From Vicugna vicugna (taxonomy: Eukaryota): 64,000 nucleotides of DNA. The notes under the pieces are model-generated. The model did not search any database, was not told the DNA's origin, and saw nothing but the letters and a program-made list of their open reading frames with translations. Shown here piece by piece: positions 33,560 to 46,705 of the stretch. Location: the NCBI GenBank assembly GCA_013265495.1, contig MU062841.1, positions 7,899,786 to 7,963,785 on the forward strand, read 5' to 3'. Every line of letters begins with the position of its first letter. Within the stretch, counting starts at the first letter, position 1. Position numbers and translations under genes: made by a program.

Positions 33560-34850
33560 TGTCTGCTGTCTCCATTACCATTAGAATTGTTATGAATACT
33601 CTGAAACGTCTTCTGTAATTTCACATGGAGGTGAAATCTCATCTGGGCTTAAATCTTAGAAAGATCTTACTTAGCCTCCAATAAGCAGAAAGGCAAGGAA
33701 AGGAATCATGAAGTGAATGATGTATGACTAAATTTCGACATTGCAAAAAAAAATGCCATAAACTATATTAGAGTGTAAACAACAACGTGGAGAAAATATT
33801 TGCAGCAGGTACTAAAAATAAAATGCTAATACCTTTCCTATATTAAAAAAAAAAACTCTTACAGTCACCATGTTTTAGAACTACACATTGAAATATTTAT
33901 GGATGAAATGATAAGATATCTAGGATTTGCTTTAAAATAAAGGGGAGGGACAGGGGGACAGAGATAAACAATTGGTCACAAATTCCTACTTGTTAAAGCT
34001 TACCTATGGGTCCACGGGGATTCATTTATACAATTCTGCTGAGTTTTGTATATGTTCAAAACTATCCTCATTAAAAAATAAAGTTCTTGGAAATCAACAC
34101 CAAAAAGGGGAAAGAATATGCAATTGACATTTACAGAAGAAGAAATGCATAAAATCCGTAAACAAGAAAATTTAATCTCACTGGTAAAAGAAATACAATA
34201 TGAAAAAAGCCAATAAAATACATTTTTCTTCTGTCAAATTCAACAAAGCTTTGTTGGCAATGGTGTGGGAGGAAAAATCGCTCTCATTTCACTGCTGGTG
34301 GGAGCCGGAATTGTACATTTCTGTACGGATGTTTGCAGTATGCATCAAAAGCTTTTAAAATGTCCCTACCTTTAACCCAATAGTTCCATTTCAAGAATTT
34401 ATCCTGCAGAAACCATCACATGCACAAAAGGTGTGCAAAAATGTTTATCACAGTGTTATCTGTATTAATGAAAAATTAGGACCAACGCAGATGTCCCAAA
34501 TTATAGGAGTTTAATGGAATAAGTTGTGATACAAACACTGGAACACTATCTAGCCATTAAGATAGTTTTGAAAAAAGATATTTGAAAACACCAGGAAATA
34601 ATCACAACACATATAAGCTTAAAAAAAAAAGTTAAAAAGAATAACATAAAAAATATACTGGAAAACTACATTTATAAGGAAGAAACATACCAAAATATTA
34701 ACAAAATATCTTTGGTAAGAAAATAGGTAATTCTTATTCCCTCCTTTATAGATGGCATATTTTTTATTTCTGCAATAAATATGTATTGCTTTTATAGTTG
34801 GAAAAAACCCACATTAAATGTTTTTGTAATCAGATTGTTTAAAATCTTTA
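33560..34850 (+). mobile_element. Old L1M fragments
   Basis: A-rich L1 ORF2-end and 3'UTR phrases (cactgctggtgggagccgg; tttaacccaatagttccatttcaagaatttatcc). Confidence 0.6.
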
Positions 34851-36510
34851 AGTATTTGGAAAGCTTGGTCAAAGTATTCATTCTCTAAGAGATTCAAAAA
34901 GCCAAGCAATTGGTTTCTAATAAATACGATTTCTAATAAAAGAAAAAAATGTACAATGATCTCTATATTTGGGGAAACATCAGGGAGGATAAATAAGAAC
35001 TAAAAGCTGAGAGACAAAAAGCCAGTCATATATAATTAATATACATATATGTACAATATCAACTTCTGGGTATACACGATTTTTTAAGGTTTAAAATACT
35101 TTTGGGGAGGAAATAAATATTAAAACAAAAACCTTAAATAAAGAAATTGAGATATTAAAGATATCACTATAATATGTGGTATTCAGAAAAAGATGGTATA
35201 CTAGAAATTCCATAGACCATGGACCATTTCAAGTGCCCAATTTTATAGACCCTCAGGGATTACTCAGTACAATAATTAGTGTACTAAATTAACAGTATCA
35301 TTTAGATGATATTAAAGATTATTTATAAAGATTCAGGAAAGTTCCTGTCCACCTGAAGTCTAATAAAATTCATTTCCATAAATCCATAGGGACATCTTTC
35401 ATATGATTCAGCTTCAGCTACTGCTGACCGTCAAGTCTAGCGTGTTGACCTTGACCACTCAGGATACTCATGCCTCCTGGGTCTCTTCCCACCCAGCTGC
35501 CCAACATCCATCTCTTCCTGGCCTCCCATTCTCCACCCAAAGCCTCCTCGTTCATCTTCCGGATCTCAGCTGCTCCCTGACTTTCTCACCACCTTCACGC
35601 AACCCTCATACCAAGTCCTCATCAGTATCCATAAAATGTCTCCAATGTCTTCCAAATATCCCATAATAAATAATTAACTAAAACACTAACAAATAATAAA
35701 TGATCCACCAATGAAGAATTCCAGGCCTTTCACAGTACCTCCAAGGACATCTCTGCTCCTCCCATAGCACACTTCATGCCCAGCCAGGAAGATTCCCACT
35801 GTCCTGCTATCACGTCATGTTTATTCCTGACCCCAGATCCCTGCTCCTCATGTCTCCCTCTTCCTGTCTCTCTACATATAACTCTGTCATTAGGTCAAGG
35901 CTTCTGCCTACCACTGCATGCACCAATCAAGACATCAGGAACACAGGTATTTTTATTTCAGTTTAAAATAAGTCCCTCCTAGTCAATTATCACACTTTTA
36001 AGTAGTCGGATTACTCAGTTCCTGGCAAAGCCACGTTTCCTTTGGCTAAATCAGAGCTGTTGGAATACCACCTCCCACCTGATTTTTGTTAAAATAAGGA
36101 GACAGATGAGGACTCTCTGGCATTGATCAAGTTTTCTCTGTCATGGGCAAGGGTACCTGCATTTGTCCACAAGCATCCTTCATGCAGACCTCACCATTCA
36201 GTACAGGAAGAAAACATACTGCCTTGGCATTTGTATTTAAACAGTGACCAGAGAACGTCTCAGACCAGGGACATGTATTAACTCTAATCTCATCAAATGT
36301 TTTCCACCCAAAATACATCACCACATCCTGAAAAATTCAAGAGTCTCATTAAAAACATGTCACGTTCATCTCACTGTGAGCAGGCTAATAGCTTAAAAAG
36401 CCTACAAAATGCCCTACTGCAAAAATTTCCTGTTTCTTGTCAAAAGTGACAAGGAACAAAGAGACTCAATTGCTGATCACACTCATTTTTTTTATGGACA
36501 AATGACTTAC

Positions 36511-36603
36511 TTGGGAATGATTACTCGAGGTCTCGATTTTCTCCTGGGACTTGTCTCTGGCTAATCTGGCAGCTTCTTTTACCTCCTGGAATTTCTCTGC
36601 AAA
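36511..36603 (-). CDS. HOMER2: HOMER2 exon 4, [31 protein letters not shown]
   Basis: gttcag acceptor, CAA|gtaagt donor; 93 nt; contains RDKS, an RxxS kinase motif at residue 117 by my count. Confidence 0.97.
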
Positions 36604-36839
36604 CTGAACATGAAGAAGATTTATCAAGATTTTCCTTAACCTCATACACAGCTGATATGCAGAACCCATCTTTATTACTTTGCATGCATTTTAAGCCAAT
36701 AAGTTCTGTATAAATTCAGAGGAAGAATTTTGAGATTAAAAGGAAATGAACATAAGGAATGCTTTTTCAAAAAAAAAAAAATCCTATTGGCCAAGGTCAG
36801 ATCTGAGTGAATTTCTAAGCTACTGAAGCTATTTTAATG

Positions 36840-37430
36840 ACAAAATGTTAAAAACACATGCCTCTGGTAAACAGGACCTAATACAAATGCAACACAAGGA
36901 ATTTAGCTGTAGCACACAAGGAATCCACAAAAAACTTCATAATCCCTATCAAAAGATCCAAGAATGCTTACAAGTCAGTGTCATGAAATACAACAACATC
37001 CAACAAGCTGGGGAGAAAAAACTGTCCTAGATTTTAAAAGACTGAGACATAAAATAGCAAAATGTAATGTGTAGCCTAGGACTGAATCCTGTTTTGAAAA
37101 GACCAACTATGAAAGACTTCAGAGCAACAACGAGGGACATGTGAACATGGACTGGGTAAAATGACATCAAGGACTTACTATTAATTTTGTTAGAAGTGCT
37201 GACAATATTGTGGTTATACTGGAAAATGTCAGTATTTGGACATAAATGCCAAAGTATTTAGACGTGAAATGTTTTGATGTTCACAATTTACTTTAAGGCA
37301 CTTCAACAATAATAAAACAGATGAATAAATGCCGCAAAGTGTTCGCTGTTAAATCTACGTGATGTGTGCATGGGTATTTGTTATACTGTGCTCTCTCTGC
37401 TTTAAAAAAAGTTTTAATATTTTCTTAATT
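36840..37430 (+). mobile_element. L1MC-type 3' end
   Basis: aaatgtaatgtgtagcctagg...gaacatggactgggtaaaatgacatcaagg...ttattaattttgttagaagtg. Confidence 0.6.
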
Positions 37431-38327
37431 AAAAAGTTCTTAAAATCCCAGGGTAATCATATCAATCACTTGCTTTATAGTCACTGACAAGGCAGCTGAT
37501 TTTAATTAGCAAATACATCGTTTGAACAGAGAACATTCTGTGGTAGCTGACATCACACGGCAAGAGAGAGCCAAACATGGTTGCTGAGAAACAAGGAAAG
37601 CTAGCAAGTGGCAAGGCTACTGAAAATTCTGTGGCTTTTGCTGAGAAGTCAATTTCTGAGCCTAGACCACCCTTTGAGAGGTTCACAAAGCCAACAGGAG
37701 TCATCTGCTTTGGGACACCCTGCAGGGTGACAGCTGCTGGTGAACCAAGCACTCCAGCAGAAGCAGAAAAGGTCAGCCTTGCAGTGCTCTGGCTGGTGTT
37801 GCTCCTGCAGGCCTGTAAATAAAGCCACAGCTACAGGGTTTCGTTTAACCAACCCAGAGCTGTCAGAGAAAAATCACATTAACTGTTGTCTAAAAGGTGT
37901 GAGGTCCAGCAGGGATGGACAGAGCATCCCCTTTCCTTTGCAGGGGCCCCGTGAATAAAAACAAGATGTCATGAACTCCTTGATGGCAGGGTCCGTGCTC
38001 TTCCTCTCTGTACCCTCTTCCTGACACCCAGCAGAAAGCAGGCACAAATAAGTTTGTCCCATGAATGAATGAGCTCTGGGTACCAGATTTGCACACCTCC
38101 ACCCATTTGAAAAAAAAAAATCACGTCAAAGTACAGGCCAAACTTAAGTACCTAGGAAGGACTGGTGGTAAGTACCTGGGAACATTCTGCCCCATCATTC
38201 TGCTTCCTAAGCACCCCTGATTGGATAAACTTAGGAGCGAGGCAGAGCATCACTTGAAATATGAACACTACCCCAGAAGAGACTCTATGCAGGCACCATA
38301 AAGGCCTATTGACCTTATTAAGACATT

Positions 38328-38394
38328 TGCTGTACACCTGAAACGAACACAACGCTGTAAATCAACTATACTTCAATAAAAAAACAAACAAAAC
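38328..38394 (+). mobile_element. Very short L1 3' end insertion
   Basis: gctgtacacctgaaacgaacacaacgctgtaaatcaactatacttcaataaaa; TSD aagacatt at 38320-38327 and 38395-38402. Confidence 0.8.
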
Positions 38395-39394
38395 AAGACA
38401 TTAAAACATGCAGCTCTTAAAAGGTATTCTCTTAAACAGCTTTGTGTCCGGTATCGATTAAAAGTCAAATCTCATTTGAAGAAAACAATAGTACATGAGG
38501 TTTTCAACAGAAGCCTCTGATAACGAAGTCTGCCGCTGCTGTGCTCAGGAAGGGGCCAGCTCTTTCCCCACAGGCGTCCCAATCTTTACCAGGCTCCCAA
38601 ACCAAACGCACTGTTTTTTACAGATCCTTCTTGCCCCTGTCGGGGTTTCTTTCTCCCATGGGTCTTACTCAAAGTTGCTTAGAAACTAGATTGGAAGCAT
38701 CAGGGGCCAGGGTCATGCTTACTCAGTCAACAAACATGGTCTGAGCACCACTCACTCCTTCAACGAACAAGCATTTTTTTCACCGCGAACAGGGCCGTGC
38801 ACCAAGCCAGGGGCTGGGGCATGTACACTGTGCAAGTATCAGACAGAGGCCCAGAGCTGGGTAGCAGGAGACAGGGGCCAACATGTCACTAAGCAGAGCC
38901 CTGCCAGGCTTCGACAGAACAAGTCACTCCTGGACAGAGCTTGGGGCCTCCATTCTGTCTTTCTCCTCCTACCTGACCCTGAATGTCCCCATATGGGGAA
39001 AACCTTAGCTCAACTCTTGGAGACTCTTAGCCCAGAGCACAAACCTTCAGTTCCAACGGGCCCTTCTCTCTTTGTCCCCTGACACCCCTCATGGAGGCCC
39101 CTCGAGGCATCCGCCAGGTTTGCCTTGAGTGCAGGTAAACTTACCACCCTCTTCCCCTAGACCTTCAGCACAGCCACATCTACATGTTAAGGAGTGTGAT
39201 GGCTTCTTAATACACATTCTCTTATTTCCTCTTCACCACTCTCTGCAAGACAGGAACTCTTATTTATAGTTTCCAGGTAAGAAAATGGAGTCTTAGGTTA
39301 AAATTTGCCCACAGTCACATGATTAGTAAATCGTAAACTGGAACTTGGGCCAAGTTCTGATTTCCACATGATCATCTACCCAACCAACTACTTT

Positions 39395-39560
39395 TTTTTA
39401 AATTTTATTATTTTTTAACGTTTATTTTATTTTTGGAGGGGGTAGGTAATTAGGCTTACTTATTTAATTACTAATTTTTTAATGGAGAGATGGGGATTAA
39501 ACCCAGGACCTCATGCATGCTAAGCATGCACTCTACCACTTGAGCTATACCCTCCTCCCC
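39395..39560 (-). mobile_element. Vic-1 SINE
   Basis: tRNA-Ala-like head with gcatgcttagcatgc stem-loop; TSD ccaa(c/t)tacttt at 39384-39394 and 39563-39573. Confidence 0.9.
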
Positions 39561-39957
39561 ATCCAATTACTTTCTTATGCCAACAGGAATGCCAAGGGTC
39601 TTGCCCATAGCAGTTGCTAAATATTTACTGACTGGATTTTCCATTTGCAAAGAGAAGTCCTTACCTTAAAATGTAAAATAGAACTGTGCTCACTTCCTCT
39701 TTAAAAGAGAATTATTTACAAAAGTTCTAACTTCAAAACAGGCCATAGGAACCTTTAAGGCAAAGATAAGGCCTGAGGAACAGAATATCAGATGTGGAGA
39801 GAGGGGTCTGGGTGACAGGCTCTGATTTTACAGCTCTCCTCAGCTTCGTCATTTAACTGTCCTCCTTCTCAGTTACAAAAGAGAGACAATGCACAGCTGT
39901 CACACACATGTCAAGACTCACATCCTTCCAGGACTTCAAGGTGACAGTGCTATTACA

Positions 39958-40261
39958 CAGGCATACGTCATTTTATCACGTTTCACAGATGCTGTGTTTC
40001 TGACAAATTGGAGGCTGGCTGCAACCCTGTGTTGAGCACGTCTATTGGCGCCACTTTTCCAAAAGCATTTGCTCACTTCGTGTCTCTGTGTCACATTTTG
40101 GTAATTCTCGCCATATTTCAAACTTTTCCATTATTATTATATTTGATATGGCGATCAGTGGTCTTTGATGCCACTTCTACAACTCGCTGAAGGCTCAGAT
40201 GATGGTGAGCAATTCTTAACCATAAAGTATTTTTTAATTAAGGTATATACATTGCTTTTTC
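39958..40261 (+). mobile_element. Second Tigger1a-like element, truncated by an assembly gap
   Basis: Starts ta-caggcatac TIR; homologous to 1050-1391. Confidence 0.85.
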
Positions 40262-40430
40262 NNNNNNNNNNNNNNNNNNNNNNNNNNNNNNNNNNNNNNN
40301 NNNNNNNNNNNNNNNNNNNNNNNNNNNNNNNNNNNNNNNNNNNNNNNNNNNNNNNNNNNNNNNNNNNNNNNNNNNNNNNNNNNNNNNNNNNNNNNNNNNN
40401 NNNNNNNNNNNNNNNNNNNNNNNNNNNNNN
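40262..40430. other. Assembly gap (169 N) in HOMER2 intron 3
   Basis: N run. Confidence 1.
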
Positions 40431-41157
40431 CAATCACAGCTTTGAACATCTCAAAAAAGGGGAAAAAAAGACATGTATTCTTGACTTCTAGGGATGAGGT
40501 AAGACAAGTGGTTAGAAAGTACAGAGTCTCGCTATTCACTCACAGCTACCCTAGGTGCTGTTACTACTGTCAGGACACAAATATGGGGCACAGATGGATT
40601 TTGTAACTGGCCAAGGTCACACTGGGACCTAACACAGGCCATCTGACGCCAGTGCTGGACACTACCATGCCCTACAATTTACCTGCTTAACTGCTGCCTT
40701 AGCTAAGGTGCCCAACTCTGATAAGGATCAGCCTTTCAAATGAAGACAAATGAATTGCTCTGAACCTTGGTTTCTTCAGCTATAAAATGTAGGTAATAAT
40801 ACAACCTCCAAGAATCACTGGAGGATGAGAGATGGGGCTTTGCTGGGTGTACAACAGGGATTCAACCAAGAGCTGGATTTGGCTTGTTTCTCAAGTAAGA
40901 TGACAGCGAAGTCTTAAAACCATGGATTTTAGTAAAAGAGCACCACAAAAGGGTGAATTCACTCTTCAAAAAAAAAAAAAATGAACTAGTTACCTCTATG
41001 TGCTAGGGATTGTGCTGGGTACACTGAAATACCAAAGAAAGACTTGGTTCCTGTCCTCAGAGGAATTCTGAGTCTGTAGAGGATTTTGTTTTACATTCAA
41101 GTGGATGAAAATCAAAAAAATTTTTTTCCAAAAATAAGCCTAAAATGTAATGAAGTA

Positions 41158-41309
41158 GGGAGGGCATAGCTCAGTGGTACAGTGCATGCATAGCATGCAT
41201 GAATTCCTGGGTTCAATCCCCAATACCTCTATTAAAAAACAAATTAATAGAAATAAATAAACCTAATTACCTCCCCCCCAAAAACAATAAATACATTAAA
41301 AAATTTTTT
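41158..41309 (+). mobile_element. Vic-1 SINE with intact A and B boxes
   Basis: tagctcagtgg and gttcaatcc; TSD aatgtaatgaa(g/a)ta at 41144-41157 and 41310-41323. Confidence 0.92.
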
Positions 41310-41379
41310 AATGTAATGAAATAGGATAAGCCCTGTCAGATAAATTTTAAGTAAATAATTATTTAAAAAGAGGTAGTAT

Positions 41380-41580
41380 TCACACTACTATATGCAAAAT
41401 AGATAAACAATAAGGACCTACTGTATAGTCCAGGGAACTATATTCAATATCTTGAAATAACCTATAACAGAAAAGAAACTGAAAAAGAATATATATATAA
41501 TATATATAAAACTGAATCCCTATGCTATATACCTGAAACACTGTAAATCAACTATACTTCAATTTTTGAAAATAAATTTT
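41380..41580 (+). mobile_element. 5'-truncated L1 3' end
   Basis: aaggacctactgtatagtccagggaactatattcaatatcttg...gtaaatcaactatacttca; TSD aaagaggtagtat at 41367-41379 and 41581-41593. Confidence 0.88.
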
Positions 41581-41619
41581 AAAGAGGTAGTATCAGTTAG
41601 TACATGATGGAAACAGGCC

Positions 41620-42900
41620 CTATCATATACATACAAATTCGCTATGACACAGGAGGAATCATAAATTAATAGCGAAGATTATTCAAAATACAATGATTGA
41701 GATAATTTTAGTAAACTGAGGGGAAATGAATTTAAATCCTTACCACAAACCAGTCGCATGATAAATACTGATGAGTTAAAGGGGTAAGTATTTTTTTCTA
41801 ATCTGTATGCAAAAAGAATTGAACATTCATCAGTTCTGCTTGAGGGGTGAGAGGGTAATTTTCTAAACTTGGAAGAAATAAAAGAAAATCACATAAGTGA
41901 CAGATTTGACTGCCTAACAATTTAAAGCTTTTGAATATAAAAAGAAAAAAAAACTAAATCAGAAGGGAAACAACAGCCTAGGGGAAATATCTATAGCTAG
42001 GCTAGTACAACAGAAAAGGGCCATTATCTTCAGTATAGAAAGAGTTTGTACAAACTAAAAAGGAACATATGAAAACCCCAATAGACACATGGCAAAATTC
42101 ACGAATAAAAAATACAATAAGCAACTTATAGAAAAGACCGTTCAGGCTTGCTGGAAATGCAGATCAAAGTAATGAGGTACCATTCTTTGCCTGCTGAATT
42201 AGCAAATGCTAAATACAATTATAATCCCCCCGGTGCTGGCAAGGTATTCCTGGTAGCCTTGGGTATTGGTACAGCCCCACTGAGAAGCAATTTGGAACTA
42301 CGTATCACGAGTGAAAAAAAATGTTCATACCCACTGACCTAGTGATATCACTTGTGGGAAAGCATTCTACAAAAATAATTTAGAATATGGGGGGGGGGAG
42401 GCTTTCCATATAAAGACATTAATCATAGCATAAGCCACAATAATGAGAAACTGGAAGCAACCCAGGGATCCCTGGGAGAAGGATGGGAGAACTTTTCCCC
42501 CCACAGCCTCCACCTGTTTGGAGAAAAGCACTGAGGTGCCAGATGACTGTCCTTTGGTGAAAAGTCCCCTCTCTCCAAGTCTTAAGCTTTCTAATATTTC
42601 CCCCCTTATCATAAAAAAGCACATATGCTTGTATATTTAGTAAGTATTGTTTAGGAAAAACATTTTTTTAAACCTATGGTTCCATCATCCAGAGACAGAT
42701 AAGCACTAACCACATAACTTTTGATTTTTTTTCTATCTGCATATATGCATTCACTATATGTTTCTTTTTAAAAATAGAATGATATTGTACATCTCTTTTT
42801 ATAGCTACTTTTGATATTAACAATATGACAATACTTCCAAGCAATTATATGATCTTCTATTACATCATCTGAATTGCTGCATAATATTACACTGAAGGAT
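41620..42900. mobile_element. Old L1M fragments (sense then antisense)
   Basis: aaatgcagatcaaagtaatgaggtaccattctttgcc...ccactgacctagtgatatcacttgtggg; antisense fragment from about 42600. Confidence 0.6.
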
Positions 42901-43283
42901 ACACTGTAGTTTATTTAACTAATTTCTTACTGCTAGACATTTAGGCTGGTGTCTTTGTCTTTTTGTTTATGCTGTCATAGATGATGTGGCAAGGAAAGTT
43001 CTTGTAGCTAATTCTCTGTACTCAGTTGTAATTATTTCCTCAGAATAGATTCCTATAAATAAAACCCACAGATCAAAGGATATTCAAACCACAAAGATTT
43101 CCAAATATATGCCAAATTCTCACGTCTTTACTTATTAGGATCATTTTCTGCAGTTTTAACCGTGTGGTAACAATTTTAATCAAAATCAAAATCATCCGCA
43201 TCTTCATCATATCATGATAGAAAGTGAATGACTATTGTTTTATTTTATTTGTGGCTTTTTTGGGCCTTGGCTACTGAAGACCC

Positions 43284-43795
43284 TGTGACAGATACTACCT
43301 ATCTGCTTATCTAAAATCCATTTCTTCTTTCCCTTAGCTTAAGAAAATCTTAAATCTGCCTAGAGCAGGAAATTCCCTAGAGGGTAGAGAATGAGAACTG
43401 ATCTAACCTGATCATGGCAGCCCACTTCCTTGCCCTTTTTTTCTCGGAGGGTGGGTGTGGGAGGGTGGCCTAGGGACCCAAGATTGACAATGGAATCCAA
43501 AAAGAAGTCTGCCAAGTGAATTTATAAGGAAGCTATATCAAAGGTATTACTCTTCTGCCTCCTCCCTCTTGCCATGAATGCAGATGTGATGGATAGAGCT
43601 TGAGACGCCATCTTATCACCATGAGGAAAAAGACAATCAAAGAAACATACAAAACATGCAGAGTCCTACACCCAATATCATGAAGCCACTGTACCAATGC
43701 TGGCAATAGCCAGCCACAGGACTTCTTTTTTGTACAAAAAGTATAAGTACTATGATTAGTTGTTACCTGAGGCCAAAGGCATTTTAACTAAAACA
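43284..43795 (+). mobile_element. MaLR solo LTR (MLT1J/H-like)
   Basis: TG...CA ends; gaatgcagatgtgatgg...gccatcttatcaccatgagg...gttacctgaggccaaaggcattttaactaaaaca. Confidence 0.75.
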
Positions 43796-45339
43796 CATCA
43801 AAAGAATGATTAATATTTCCCATTAAAAAAAATGGCCTTTAAATCAGAAAGGTAGGACACAGGGCAATGTTCTTACAACTACAGTGAGTTAATGAAGTGA
43901 ACGTAAGGATTCAACTTTGCACTAGAGACGAAATAACTGAAATGGGTCGAAACCAAATGCCACATACGGGGCAGGGCCTAAATGATCCCATCCCGGCTCA
44001 CTCCCCTTCATGGCAGAATGTATTTCCTTCTGTCTGCGATGAAAGAGATGGAGCCAAACTTCTCAAGGTCAGATGCCAGAAACCATCTAAACTTCAACAA
44101 CTGGTTCATTCTTACACTTCGTTCTCCTTTCTTTTGTCTCTTTTCCGAAGTTCCTCCTTTTGTCAGAAAATGCAAGTCCCCTTTCAACACTCTTCAGTGG
44201 GCTGAGGTATTATGTCCTCTCGGATGGGTAGACAGAGCCCCAGCTTACCTCTGGGAATACACAGCTTCTGTTGTTTTTGGAAAGCCTATGTAACGAGCAG
44301 AAAGCGTCCCTGTAACACTTTCTGGATTTCTAGTGTGAAGTGGTCCTTACAATGGAAGAAGCAAAGACCAAGGTATCTATTTTCCTTCTAGGGGGTGGAA
44401 AGAGAAGTGTGTATAAAGTGTTCTTATATGAAAATATCTACACTGGTGTTCCTTTTTCTAGCCAACTCATAGTGTTTGATTACCAATTCCCTTTTCAGGT
44501 CTGTGGGTGGCTGCTCTGTGAACTCAGGAATATTTAGCCACAGCTGTCCCTTCAGCAACACGCCCTGGGAACCCGTTAGGCGCAAGTTCCTCTTTGCTAG
44601 CTAATTGCCACTTGTCGACACTGCCAGCCTCACTTCAGGGTAATTTGTCCGTGTGTGGTTAATCGTTCTCTTCAAAGAGAAGGGGAGACGTTCATTTGAA
44701 ACATTCTGAACAAAGGAGACATCTGAGGGCTTATTTGATAAGTCTCTGTGACAATGGCAGGTCACAGTCACAGAGCAGGACTCCAGTGCCCCAGGAGGGG
44801 ACCGAGTGGCTCAGAAGACAGGGCACTCTTCCTTAATGATAGGACATTTTCCTCCATTCAGGAAAAATTAGAAGTGGCCATGCTTGGAAGCAGGTGCAGC
44901 TCAAGGTCTCCCCAGTTCTTGGAGACACAAAGAATGGAACTTTAATAACTTGTTCCCATTTTTGCTTTGAGTTCTCCCTTCTTTCAATACTTTACATTGA
45001 AATGTTCCCCTTTCTCCTTTCTAGCCTCCTTGAGTCCTCCAAAGATTGAAGACATTGTTCCAGGAAGCTGAGAATGATCACCTCAAACCATCCTGGGCCC
45101 TGGGTGGGATCAGGAGCAGATGAACTGAGGCGGACCCCGCCAGGACCCCATTTCTGACAGAAGCCCCCCAATCCTGCCCTTCCCCAGCAGTCTGAGGCTT
45201 CCAGGCTTTCGGTCTGGATATGAGACACTCAGCAGAGGAGGCACTGCTCCCCGCACCCCTCTCCTCCCCACCAGGCACTCCATCAGAGGGAAGAAGTATG
45301 TGGTCCCCACCAGCCACTTCAGACAGAGGTTCCAGTTAA

Positions 45340-45700
45340 TTATTCTTTCCACAAACCATCATACACGCTTCTTTGTCTCCCACACCCGCTCCCCAAGTTC
45401 TGCCAATTTAGCGCCTCAATATTTCTTAACTCTCTCCAATTCATCATCTCTGATCTGGACTAAAACAAGATAATCTGTCTTGATGCCAGAAAAAAAATCT
45501 ACCTCAAATGCAAATCTGATCATTTTCTATTTTGGCTTCAAATCCTTCATAGGCCACAGGATAAAGTCCAGAAAGTCTGGCATGACATATAGGGCCTTCC
45601 AAGGGCTGGCCTCTATCAGCTTTATCCACCCCAGAAACCTGGACACCCTGTCAACAGTGTACGGTTTGCAGCCTCCCTCACACAGTGTCAGGATTCTGCT
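45340..45700 (+). mobile_element. L2 fragment
   Basis: aaatgcaaatctgatcat...ggataaagtccagaaag...catgacatatagggccttcc. Confidence 0.55.
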
Positions 45701-45744
45701 TGTGCTCCTCTTGTTGTCTGGAGGAGGATGGAAAGGGGAAATTC

Positions 45745-46190
45745 TCCCCGTGGCAGAACTGGGAACATCTCCTTGTCTGGTATCCCCATACCTTTGCCCT
45801 GTACATCTATTCCACCTGGCTCTTTCCAAGTTAAACCCTTTTATAATAAACTGGTAATCTAGTAAGTAAGATCTGAGTTCTGTAAACAGCTCTGGCAAAT
45901 TAATTGAACTTTATGAGGAGGGGCGGGGGTCACTGGAATGTCTGATCTATAGCCAGTCGGTCAGAAGCATAGGTGTCAACCAGGGCTTACAAGTGCCTTC
46001 TGAAGTGGGAGGAATCTTATAGGACTGAGCCCTTAGCCTGTGGGATCTGATGTTATCTCCAGACAGACAGAGTCAGAACTGACTTGCACTGCAGGACACC
46101 CAGATGGGGTCTGAGAATGGCTTGGTGTTGTGGGGAGCAGCCCCCCTGGCCCCTACCTACACACACTGGCAGCAGTAACCTTTTAGAACT
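45745..46190 (+). mobile_element. ERV LTR (MER21C-like)
   Basis: cttttataataaactggtaatc...ctgagttctgt...tatagccagtcggtcagaagc...ggactgagcccttagcctgtgggatctg...aggacacccag. Confidence 0.8.
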
Positions 46191-46573
46191 CTTACTAAGC
46201 ATCACCTTACGCCCCCTCTCTGAGGGCTCCAACCAGAGAGTCACCAACGATGGCTGTCAGAGACACCACGGGTGCAGGGAGCGGGGTAGACACGTGGGGA
46301 AGGAAGGACTGGCAAAGCTACGTCCTGAGGCTGCATGCTCAGGCGCTGATGCAGCATTGCATGCTATGTTTTCCTTCTCCAAACGTCTCCATTTTCAAAG
46401 AACCTGGCATTTCTAAAAGGTCATCAGTTTCGGTAGCCCGGCGGTGCCAGAAGTGGAGAAATTGAAGACAGGAGAGAAATCTCTCACCAGCGGCAGCACA
46501 TGATCCCTTAGCAGACAAGCACTGAGGAAGGAGCGCATCGGACCCAGCACTCACCGGGGGAGGACCACGTTAC

Positions 46574-46705
46574 CTTCGTCAGATGCTGCTCCGAGGAAAA
46601 CCCCAGACCAAACACTGTGTTGGCTCTGCTGTCGGCCCACTGCCCAAACTTCTGCGACGTTTTGGTGAAAGTCATGTTGGGTGTGATTGTGCTGTTTATG
46701 ATCAC
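46574..46705 (-). CDS. HOMER2: HOMER2 exon 3, [44 protein letters not shown] (EVH1)
   Basis: ctacag acceptor, AAG|gtaacg donor; 132 nt, phase 0-0. Confidence 0.98.
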
